A DNA stretch of 64,000 bases, taken from contig CM097883.1 in the NCBI GenBank assembly GCA_044892505.1, forward strand, positions 296,608,001 through 296,672,000, read 5' to 3'. The DNA comes from Schmidtea nova. Taxonomy: Eukaryota. Both the position numbers and the translations under genes were made by a program. The notes under the pieces are model-generated. The model did not search any database. It was not told the origin of the DNA and saw nothing but the letters and a program-made list of their open reading frames with translations. Below, in pieces: positions 38,340 through 47,985 of the stretch. The number at the start of each line of letters is the position of its first letter. Within the stretch, counting starts at the first letter, position 1.

Positions 38340-39570
38340 AAACACGTGCATCACAAACATATCGATATACTTAATTTTGAATCAAGCCATTTTATAGATA
38401 TTAAAATTTATCTATATGTAATTACAATGAAAACTCACTAAAGTTATTTTAAATAACTAAAACTTACAAAATTAATTACAAAACACGTGTGTAACACGAA
38501 AAACGACAACTTTTAGATTTTCTAATCAAACCATTTTATAGGAAATTAAATTTTACATATACTTAATTACAATGAAAAGTCAATAAATTTATTTTATATA
38601 GACGAAAAATGCAAAATTAATTACAAAACACGTGTGTATTACAAACACACCAACAAACTAATTTTCTAATCAAGCCATTTTGTAGAAAATTAAATTTTAT
38701 CTCTACAGTATTACAATGAAAACTCAAAAAAAGTTATTTTATATACATGAAAAATGCTAAAATTAATAACAAAACACGTGTGCAACACGAAAACCAGCAA
38801 CTTTCAAATTTCTAATCAAGCCATTTTAAAGGAAATTAAATTTTACATATACTTTATTACAATGAAAACTCAAAAAAGTTATTTTATATACATGAAAAAT
38901 GCTAAAATTAATAACAAAACACGTGTGCAACACGAAAACCGGCAACTTTCAAATTTCAAATCAAGCCATTTTATAGAAATTTAAATTTTACATATACTTT
39001 ATTACAATGAAAACTCAATAAATTTATTTTATATATACGAAAAATGCAAAATTAATTACAAAACACGTGTGTATTACAAACACACTAGCAAACTAATTTT
39101 CTAATAAAGCCATTTTGTAGACATTTAAATTTTATACATATAATTTTACAAGGAAAACTCAAAAAAGTTATTTTATATACATGAAAAATGCAAAATTAAT
39201 TACAAAACACGTTTGCATTACAAGCACACCAACAAACTAATTTTCTAATCAAGCCATTTTATAGGAAATTAAATTTTACTTATACTTTATTACAATGAAA
39301 AATACATAAAGTTACTTTATATTGTTAAAAATTTGAAAATTCAAAATAAAACACGTGTGCATCACAAAATACGACAACTTTCAGAATTCTAATAAAGCCA
39401 TTTTGTAGAAAATTAAATTTTATCTATACAATATTACAATGAAAACTCAAAAATGTTATTTTATTTATGTGAAATATACAAAGTTAATGACAAAACACGT
39501 GTGCACAACAATATACACAACATTTTGAATATTTAATTCAGCCATTTTGTAGACAATAAAATTCTGTCTA
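38340..39570 (+). repeat. Tandem array of ~9 units of 141-146 bp, each with an E-box core (aaaacacgtg)
   Basis: CACGTG or its variant at 38343, 38484, 38629, 38775, 38920, 39064, 39208, 39352 and 39496. Confidence 0.9.
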
Positions 39571-39639
39571 TCTATTGTTTCACTAAAAACTCGATGGAGC
39601 CGGTTTATCGACTCGAAAAAGGCGTTTGAAGTCTTGTAG

Positions 39640-40011
39640 TAGGAAGTAGTGAGCTATCCAAACCACTACCCCATGTGTGTATATTACGTAACCGCTTCGG
39701 GGATTTATGTAGCACACCTGATTACGTAATCATTACATAATCAAGAGCGTTTAATAAAACCCGATAATTACGTAATTTTATATATAATTACGTAATTTCA
39801 TATATTTGTTTAAATTGAGTGAATTTTTTGTTTAAATTATGTGAATTTGTGTTTAAATTAAGTGAATTTTTGTTTAAATTAAATGGACTATTTGTTTTAA
39901 TCATATGACTTTTTTGTTTTAATTTTTTTTAAATATGAAATTTTATTTTAAATTTAATAAAAAATATATGAGTTCACACATGGGGGGCGGCAGACCGCTC
40001 ACTACCTCCTA
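39640..40011. other. Central spacer unit with imperfect inverted ends and repeated TTACGTAA palindromes
   Basis: taggaagtagtgagc...ccccatgtgtg (39640-79) mirrors cacacatgggg...gctcactacctccta (39975-40011). attacgtaa occurs four times between 39680 and 39800. Confidence 0.6.
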
Positions 40012-40715
40012 TGTATATAAAATAAATTTATTGACTTTTCATTGTAATAAAGTATATGTAAAATTTAATTTCCTATAAAATGGCTTGATTTGAAATTTGA
40101 AAGTTGCCGGTTTTCGTGTTGCACACGTGTTTTGTTATTAATTTTAGCATTTTTCATGTATATAAAATAACTTTTTTGAGTTTTCATTGTAATAAAGTAT
40201 ATGTAAAATTTAATTTCCTTTAAAATGGCTTGATTAGAAATTTGAAAGTTGCTGGTTTTCGTGTTGCACACGTGTTTTGTTATTAATTTTAGCATTTTTC
40301 ATGTATATAAAATAACTTTTTTTGAGTTTTCATTGTAATACTGTAGAGATAAAATTTAATTTTCTACAAAATGGCTTGATTAGAAAATTAGTTTGTTGGT
40401 GTGTTTGTAATACACACGTGTTTTGTAATTAATTTTGCATTTTTCGTCTATATAAAATAAATTTATTGACTTTTCATTGTAATTAAGTATATGTAAAATT
40501 TAATTTCCTATAAAATGGTTTGATTAGAAAATCTAAAAGTTGTCGTTTTTCGTGTTACACACGTGTTTTGTAATTAATTTTGTAAGTTTTAGTTATTTAA
40601 AATAACTTTAGTGAGTTTTCATTGTAATTACATATAGATAAATTTTAATATCTATAAAATGGCTTGATTCAAAATTAAGTATATCGATATGTTTGTGATG
40701 CACACGTGTTTTTGT
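40012..40715 (-). repeat. Mirror copy of the ~145-bp array, about 5 units
   Basis: cacacgtgtt(t) motifs near 40122, 40267, 40413, 40558 and 40701. Confidence 0.9.
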
Positions 40716-41107
40716 AATAAAATACTGGATTTTTTCGACTATTTAGCATAGATTTATCGAATATTTATTGTAATCATGTGTAGATATAATTTAATTTCTA
40801 TACTAATGAAAATTATAAAAGTTTTGTGTGTGTTATTGACAATTCTAATGTATTTTATCAAAATTAATTAAAATATTTTTTATAACTGACGTAATTATTG
40901 AATTGTAATATAATTTAGACGTAATTTACTGAAATATTTAGTCTAATATATTTTAATCATATGACATGCATGCAATTCATTGAAATATTTTATAACTTTG
41001 ATGTGTATTATAATTTGTTGAAATAACTTTTCTAGTTTTTTAAAATACTGCAACGTAATATATGATTAGTCATAATTCTCTATCTGATGATAATAATACC
41101 TTTACTG

Positions 41108-41210
41108 CCTCTTACTCGAATCTGATTGGCTGATAAGAATAAATTTCCTACCCCTTACTCGATTTTTATTGGTCAAAGGTTATGTGTGTGTAATAACTTT
41201 GATATATAAA
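41108..41210 (+). promoter_or_regulatory. Putative Pol II promoter: two CTTACTCGA-N5-ATTGG (inverted CCAAT) modules plus TATATAAA (mirrored at ~37846-37948)
   Basis: cttactcgaatctgattgg and cttactcgatttttattgg, with TATATAAA at 41203-10, about 50 bp upstream of the ATG at 41260. Confidence 0.5.
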
Positions 41211-41259
41211 CAATACTTTTTCATTCATTATTCACTTTTACAAATAATAAACATTAAAA

Positions 41260-41557
41260 ATGAACATTATAACAAGTTTTATGAATGAAAACCCAAGTGG
41301 AAAAGAGAATGGTAAATTAATTTTTTAATTTATTATTTTTTAATATTAATTTAGGTAATATCAATAATTCAATTGGGAAATCGATGTTAGAAAATGCGGA
41401 AGAAAATGGTACTTGATCATTAACTTAGTAAATTATTTAACTTTTACTTTAGGTGATGTAAATATGACTGAACAAACTACCATACAAGCTGAGATTGTTA
41501 ATAATGAGAATAATATGAATAATGGAGTTATACCTGATGTGGTATTGAATGTTCAAT
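41260..41557 (+). CDS. Three small phase-1 exons (41260-41311, 41355-41408, 41453-41557), candidate spliced 5' end of the right polB
   Basis: Introns of 43 nt (gtaaat..tttag) and 44 nt (gtactt..tttag), then a gtaagt donor at 41558. The spliced frame is stop-free: MNIITSFMNENPSGKENGNINNSIGKSMLENAEENGDVNMTEQTTIQAEIVNNENNMNNGVIPDVVLNVQ. Confidence 0.65.
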
Positions 41558-41937
41558 GTAAGTATTGATTAATTTTAATTATATTTTGATAATTATTTTA
41601 ATTAATTTAGTAAATAAATATAGTAAAATATTTGTAAATATATATTTTTGGTAATATTTTGTAATAATTTAAATAATCTTTACTTTACGTAAACAGTTAA
41701 TTTAAACAAATTCCATTAATATTATTTTGTAATAATTTTTATATTAAATTTAAATTATTTTAGTAATTATTATATTTAAATCATATTTATCTTAAATTTC
41801 ATATTTATTTTCTAATAATTCATATCTTTATTAATTTATTTTAATGATTTTTTGATAAATTTAAAGATATTTCATATTAAGGTAAATTTTATGCGAATTA
41901 TTGTAAGTCGTCAAATCATAACGATTGCCACAAATTA

Positions 41938-44900
41938 ATGGAGCGATACTATCGTCTTATAAATAACCAAGTCACCTTCTATTTATGTCCCACATGTAAG
42001 AGCGCCCAACATATAAATTACATTGATTTTTATTTCCAACATTATCTCCATTTAAATCAATTCTCATGCACTAAGAAAAGTCTTTTCGCATTAATTAATA
42101 AATGTAAACGACGAAATGTTACTGTTTGTCCTAAACCATCTAAAATAATTGTAATATCCGATGATGAAGATGTCCATTCATCAAATGACGATGTTTTAGT
42201 TAATCCTAATTTGCATGTTGTTCAATATGGCGGTTCTGTTGAACCTTTGGTTAAATATAATTTGAAAAAATCCCATGCCATTGTTAAAATGGATGTAGAT
42301 TCTTTAAATTTAAATAAATTAATTATTCCTTCGCCTTTATTAAATAAATTTAATTCAGTTATTTCCAAAATGGGGTATGTAAAAGTTCAATTCTGTATTG
42401 ATGTAGAATTTGAAAAGAATAAGCAATTTCAATCTTTTATAATATCAAATTCTGCAAAACCAATGAGTGATACCTTTTTAGATGAAGGTATTGCTCTATT
42501 AAGTGAAAAAATGACTAAAGTCTGCGAAAATGGCAGCAATTGGTCAATTAATAAAATTAAGGAAATAAGCTTTAAACTTACAAAATATTCGCAAATATGT
42601 AGATTGAGTGGTCACGGTTCTTGTTCAACCCCACCATCATTAAAGGCAAAACATTGCACTGTCAATGTAAAGAATACAGATAAATTATGTTTTATATATA
42701 GTATTTTGGCAATTTTAAAATACAAGGATGTGAAATCTAATAGAAGTAAGTCTTATAATTATAATCCCTCAGACCTTGTGTTTGATCCTTCTGATTTTCC
42801 AATGAAATTATGTAATATCCCCAAATTTGAAGCGAAAAACCCTGAACTGGCTATAAATATTCTTTCATATGACGAATATGATCTAAATAATATTACTGAG
42901 GAGGAAGAAGTCATGAAACATCCATTTGTAGATATTATTCATAGGTCAAAAGTTGTAGGTGGCACTCCAATTAATTTGATTTTGTTAGAGGAAAGTGACT
43001 CTTTTAATTATATTGCAGTTACCAATATTAATAGACTTTTAAATTGTGACACTCTTTCTGTTACTGATGTTCAAATAAGGTGCACGTGGTGCGAGCGTTG
43101 CTTGAATGGTTTTAGATTGACTGAAGCTTTTGAGAAACATCAGGCTTTATGCATAAAAAACCAGTTAGGTACAACTTTGTACACTTTACCTTCAGATAAG
43201 AACTTGGAATTTAAAGACTGGTCAAAGATTGTTACCCCTCCTTTTGTCGTATATGCCGATTTTGAGGCTGTTTTACCGAAGGACGATAAGTATTTTCAAC
43301 GTCACTTGCCTATTTCTGCTGGCTTGTTGCTTATTAATAACTTTACTGGCGAAAAATCGTATAAAAGCTTTTATGATCTTAACTTTGTAGAAGAGTTTTT
43401 GACTGAAATCAATGATATAGGAGAAAAAGTAGTTTTACCTTACTTTATAAATAATTTCAAAAAGAAAATGGAATATCTTTCTCCTGCACAAATAAGATCA
43501 TTTCGTAGTTCTATTATTTGTTATTTATGTAATAAACCTTTGAAAAATCAGGTTAAAGATCATGACCATTATACAGGTAAATACTTGGGTGCAGCTTGCT
43601 CTAAATGCAATTTTTCTCGGCAAATAAGATTCATCATGCCAGTAATATTTCATAATTTACGCGGATATGATTTACATCATATTCTCAAGTATGGTTTAAA
43701 TAAATTCGTTAAATGGGATATAAGTTGTATTCCTACTACAAGTGAAAAGTTTTTGACTTTATATGCAAGAGATGATAGTTTGACTATTAAATTTATCGAT
43801 TCTTGCCAATTTGTAAGCTGTAGCTTAAACGATGCTGTAAAGACTTTAACAGATTTTCCTCTTACTTCATCCGAATTTATAGGGACTATAGTTACTTCCA
43901 AAGGCATATTCCCATATAATTTTGCAACGTCTTTAGAGGTTTTACAAAATACATACGAGTTGCCACCGATTTGGAAAGGAGTTAATATCGACGAGTATGA
44001 AAAAGCTCAACATATATGGGATGAATTTAATTGTGAAACATTGTTTGATTATATGATGCTATATCTGAAATTGGATGTTTTCTTACTTGGCGACTTTTTT
44101 CAGCAATTTAGGGCAAAATCCATTGCACATAACCGACTTGAGCCTCTTAATTTCTTGGGAATTCCAGGCATGTCATGGAATTCAGCTTTGATAACTTTGA
44201 AATCTCCTATCGAGTTGCTTCAAGATATGGAGATGTATAATTTTTTCGAAGGGGGGATCCGTGGTGGGTTAACATTTGTTAACAAACACCATGTAGTATC
44301 TTCCGACGACATTGAGCTTCTTTATATAGATATAAATAATTTATATGGGTGGGCCTTAAGCCAAAAACTACCTTATAAAGAATTTAAATTGGTAACTGAT
44401 AGGGAAAACTTAAATAAAATAATTTATTACTGTGAATCTGCTGATTTAGAAGTATTAACATTTGGATTTACATTAGAAGTCGATTTAGAAATTCCTGATT
44501 CGATTCACGACAAGCTGGATGATTTGCCAGTTGCCGCTGAAAAGATGTGTCCTCCTGGATCAAAGGTTGAAAAGTTGATGCTTACGCATTATCCCAAGAA
44601 GAGCTATGTTCTTCATTGGAGACTTCTCAAACTTTTTCTTTCTCTTGGAGTAAAAATAACTCATGTCCATAGGGCAATTAAATTTAAACAAGCATGTATT
44701 TTTAAGGATTACATCGATACCAATACCAGACTTAGAGCAGAATCAAGTAATGCTCTGGGTAAAAATTATTATAAATTATTAAATAATAGTCTCTACGGTA
44801 AAACCGTAGAGAATCTTAAAAAGCGCATAAATTTAAGATTATGTAATTCGGCTTCTAGGCTGATTACATATACTTCTAAGCCAACTTTTAAAAGGACTTT

Positions 44901-45645
44901 CGAAATTGACGATGATTTGGTTGCAGTGTTGCTGAATCAGGAATCGGTGTGTTTGGATAGACCCAGCTACATTGGTCAAACTGTACTGGATCTATCTAAA
45001 CTTAGAATGTACCAGCTGCAGTATGAAGAGTTACAAAAATATCGTAACGAATTCAACTGCGAAATCAACATAGTTGCTGGTGACACCGATTCGTTTTTTC
45101 TTGAGATTAGAAATTGTAAGCTTGATATTCTTTTACCGGCCATGATAAGAGATAACTTACTTGACACTTCTAATTATGATCCGAATCACCCATTATATAG
45201 TAGGAACCTTGATTCTGTCATTGGCAAGTTCAAAGACGAGAATAAAGGGCTTAAATATGAGGAGTGGGTGTTTCTTAGACCTAAATGTTATAGTCTTTTA
45301 GGTGACGAGGAAACTAATAAAGCTAAGGGGGCAACATTAGCGGGTACTGACATAAAGCATCAGTCGTACCTGGACTGTTTTAATAATAACCAAATATTTT
45401 CTGTTCCCCAAACAAGAATCACAAGTAAAAATCACCAACTTTTTACTATTAAAAATGAAAAGACTGCACTGACAAACGCAGATGATAAAAGAAAATGGGT
45501 GGCGAAAAATAAAAGCTTGGCATATGGCCATTATATGGGAGGTGACTTGGTTATATTTCAACATACCAATCCAAGAATCAATCCATATCACCAATTCCAA
45601 GATCAAACTGAAGAAGAAACAGTTTTATTAAATAAAATTTGTTGA
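41938..45645 (+). CDS. polB: Protein-primed family B DNA polymerase with an endonuclease VII-like insert, right copy, 1235 aa
   Basis: Same motifs as the left copy; differs by 9 substitutions and a C-terminal 1-bp frameshift. Confidence 0.95.
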   Translation: MERYYRLINNQVTFYLCPTCKSAQHINYIDFYFQHYLHLNQFSCTKKSLFALINKCKRRNVTVCPKPSKIIVISDDEDVHSSNDDVLVNPNLHVVQYGGSVEPLVKYNLKKSHAIVKMDVDSLNLNKLIIPSPLLNKFNSVISKMGYVKVQFCIDVEFEKNKQFQSFIISNSAKPMSDTFLDEGIALLSEKMTKVCENGSNWSINKIKEISFKLTKYSQICRLSGHGSCSTPPSLKAKHCTVNVKNTDKLCFIYSILAILKYKDVKSNRSKSYNYNPSDLVFDPSDFPMKLCNIPKFEAKNPELAINILSYDEYDLNNITEEEEVMKHPFVDIIHRSKVVGGTPINLILLEESDSFNYIAVTNINRLLNCDTLSVTDVQIRCTWCERCLNGFRLTEAFEKHQALCIKNQLGTTLYTLPSDKNLEFKDWSKIVTPPFVVYADFEAVLPKDDKYFQRHLPISAGLLLINNFTGEKSYKSFYDLNFVEEFLTEINDIGEKVVLPYFINNFKKKMEYLSPAQIRSFRSSIICYLCNKPLKNQVKDHDHYTGKYLGAACSKCNFSRQIRFIMPVIFHNLRGYDLHHILKYGLNKFVKWDISCIPTTSEKFLTLYARDDSLTIKFIDSCQFVSCSLNDAVKTLTDFPLTSSEFIGTIVTSKGIFPYNFATSLEVLQNTYELPPIWKGVNIDEYEKAQHIWDEFNCETLFDYMMLYLKLDVFLLGDFFQQFRAKSIAHNRLEPLNFLGIPGMSWNSALITLKSPIELLQDMEMYNFFEGGIRGGLTFVNKHHVVSSDDIELLYIDINNLYGWALSQKLPYKEFKLVTDRENLNKIIYYCESADLEVLTFGFTLEVDLEIPDSIHDKLDDLPVAAEKMCPPGSKVEKLMLTHYPKKSYVLHWRLLKLFLSLGVKITHVHRAIKFKQACIFKDYIDTNTRLRAESSNALGKNYYKLLNNSLYGKTVENLKKRINLRLCNSASRLITYTSKPTFKRTFEIDDDLVAVLLNQESVCLDRPSYIGQTVLDLSKLRMYQLQYEELQKYRNEFNCEINIVAGDTDSFFLEIRNCKLDILLPAMIRDNLLDTSNYDPNHPLYSRNLDSVIGKFKDENKGLKYEEWVFLRPKCYSLLGDEETNKAKGATLAGTDIKHQSYLDCFNNNQIFSVPQTRITSKNHQLFTIKNEKTALTNADDKRKWVAKNKSLAYGHYMGGDLVIFQHTNPRINPYHQFQDQTEEETVLLNKIC

Positions 45646-47385
45646 AGAACTTTGTTTTTTAATTATTTAGTTATATATTGTACAGATTAGTTTCAGTCTG
45701 TTTTTATAATTTGGGTAATAATTTTTAGAAACTATGGTTACGTCATAGAAATAATAGAAATATTAATAATAATAATAATAATAAATAATTAGTTTAATAT
45801 TTATCGTATTTGATTAAGTAATTTTATGTTGTGCAGAATTGTCTCATTTTGTTATATGCTTATAATATTTTGATGAGTGCTTTCATTGAACGTTTATCAT
45901 TGAAGGTGTAGAAAAATATTAAGAACAATAATAAATTATATTAACAAAAGTAAATTAATAATATTAAAAAAATAAATAACTAATTAAAAAAAATAATTAA
46001 TTAAATAAAAAAAATAAAAATAAATAATTTAATAATAAAATAAATAATAAAAATTCCAAACATTTAAACAAAACACACTTTAAAAATGGCGCCAAAAAAC
46101 GCGCGATAACTCATACGGATCCAGACCTGACACTGTCTCCTACTACGGTGTTCACTTCTAACGCTTCATGTGAATGTCCTTCATTTGTTCTAAATATGAT
46201 TGCATCGGTTTTATTGATGCTATAGAAAATGTACAATCCAGCGTCGCATTGCTGTCCTCTTCTTTTAACAACATTGCAACGACAGTAGACTTTTTTTACC
46301 CTCACTGGTAACACTTTTGTAATGGTAACTCCATATTGTTTCAGCTTTTACTGCATTAACTGCCTCTCCCTTTGTATCATATGTGTTGCTCATATACCAG
46401 CTACGAGTTCTCTTATTTCTTCTGGTTGTACTCAAGTCTGTTTTATCATTGAATTCATCATTAGATTCTGACTAGTATTCTGACCGATGTATTCGGACCA
46501 TTTAATATAAAATCTGACCAATGTAATATAAATTCTGACCATAACCATATTAAAATTCTGACCAGAAAAATACGAGCTATTATTAATTTTATCACCTATA
46601 GTAACAAATTTATAAAAATATTTAATTCATATAGCCAAAAATCTCGGAGTGTAAACTTTTGAACTTTCAGTACATTTTGTGTCCGTCAACATGTTAATAA
46701 ATAAATGCGCCTAAACCACTTTTTACTCTAGATACATTTCTAAAAGTTAAAAATTTTAGAATTTACATAAAACACCAGTTTACTCTAGAAAAAATAAAGA
46801 TTGGTTTCAAATCTGAAATATAAACAAAATAGTAAAATAACCGAACAATAAATTTGTTAAAATCGTGTTGCAATTATGTTTGCCTTAGCCCCTTTTTTGC
46901 TATGTAATCCAATATAATTGTCGTGTTTGAAGTGGTGGGTTGTTGATCGTCAATATGACCTTGACGTTTCTATGGCTCTCATCAACAACTCAACACATAA
47001 AACATTTAAGCTACCATCTTGTTACCCGTCACTATGTAACGTTGGTACTGTAACAAGTGGGTGGGTATTCGCAATCAGTGAGCGTCGTCAATACGAAACT
47101 ATGATTGACCGAATATTTCCTGTGTCCAAGGGCTACCGATAGAAGGTTTCTCGCCCCTTTTTGTCCCTCCTATGCATTATTTACTTCAGAAAACTTCATA
47201 TACTTCATCTACTATTGCACTCCAGTTGTTTTTACTCAATTTATTCTATACATTGCTTTATTTCATTCAATCATTCAATCCAAAAAAAAATAAAAGCAAG
47301 AGAACACTTTAATAAACAAAAAACAACACAAACTACAAACAAAAAAACAAATAAATACACGATAGGATATTAGTTGTCTATCAAA

Positions 47386-47985
47386 TCATAAAGCAGTAAT
47401 GTCTATTATGTCTACAGCTTCTCTGCGGACTCGTCCCAGCAGTCTCGCTTCCTGCCGACGTCTCCGGCGAGCTCTCACCCCTTTATTGGGCTTCTGCCTG
47501 ACTATTTTGGCGGGAGCAGGAGGTGCCAATATCTGTTCCTCAACCCTCATTGGGAACAACTCTTGGGCCAGACAGGGTGGTTTTGGCTGGACGGCGGCAA
47601 TGATACCACTGTTCAATCTTAGCCGTTCATTTTGTGTCTCCAAGTCCCTGATTGTGACTCGGCACGCCCGCAATTTCATTGCGTCGTCCGCAGCCTGCTG
47701 TAACAACATCTGGATTTGCTTGTGGAGTTTGTCGACGGTCTCTTTGTTTGACCACGTCGACTCCATCTCCCGGCATCGCGCTCTGAACTTCTCCATCCGA
47801 GACGTCATGATCTGTAAGGCATCCGTATTTGAAGTTTTCGCCCTCTCCATCTTGGCGAAACACTGGTCCACCCGGCGATTATGGCGGGCATTTTCTACGA
47901 TCAGCTTGTGTATTTCTTCGAATTTCTGTTCAATATTCATCAAAAAATTATACAATAATAACCCATTCCCGTCGTCACTCAACAT
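47386..47985 (-). CDS. Orphan 199-aa coiled-coil protein with a Pro-rich then Arg-rich tail, in a GC-rich island
   Basis: Uninterrupted ORF with heptad-like E/K/R/L content and a RARRRRRQ tract. Composition is much more GC-rich than the flanks. No family recognised. Confidence 0.5.
   Translation of the reverse strand: MLSDDGNGLLLYNFLMNIEQKFEEIHKLIVENARHNRRVDQCFAKMERAKTSNTDALQIMTSRMEKFRARCREMESTWSNKETVDKLHKQIQMLLQQAADDAMKLRACRVTIRDLETQNERLRLNSGIIAAVQPKPPCLAQELFPMRVEEQILAPPAPAKIVRQKPNKGVRARRRRRQEARLLGRVRREAVDIIDITAL

Larger units (their letters stand above)
32907..46144. mobile_element. Palindromic Polinton/Maverick-derived element: two ~6.1-kb inverted arms each encoding a pPolB, with a ~1-kb spacer
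   Basis: Termini AGTAGGAGACAGTGTCAGG / CCTGACACTGTCTCCTACT, 6-bp direct repeat ACGGTG at 32901-06 and 46145-50, and arms 32907-~39035 and ~40012-46144 that are near-identical reverse complements. Confidence 0.92.
32085..46565 (-). mobile_element. Internally deleted MULE-like (SWIM-finger) DNA transposon, split by the palindromic polB element; outer ends approximate
   Basis: 5' part at 46150-46480: WSYHYKSVTSEG.KKVYCRCNVVKRRGQQCDAGLYIFY...EGHSHE. 3' part at 32590-32906: WESGRCTCPNYFKKYMCKHVIG...KRQRGRPK (SWIM). Inverted ggtcagaat / attctgacc arrays at 32090-32210 and 46470-46565. Confidence 0.75.

Noticed and set aside
38340-39570. Possible CRISPR-like array
   Set aside because: The units are whole ~145-bp degenerate repeats without unique spacers, there are no cas genes, and the context is eukaryotic.
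38754-40295. Twin 76-aa ORFs MLKLITKHVCNTK... (38754-38984 + and 40065-40295 -)
   Set aside because: They are chance read-throughs of the 145-bp tandem array; the peptide itself repeats with the DNA unit.
33450-45606. Short antisense ORFs inside both polB genes (33450, 33889, 35149, 43677, 44976, 45337)
   Set aside because: These are shadow ORFs opposite a long real ORF; they are duplicated only because the arms are.
32907-46144. Pure assembly/MDA artefact explanation for the giant palindrome
   Set aside because: The perfect TSD, the restored target reading frame and arm-specific mutations argue against it, though read-level confirmation is still needed.
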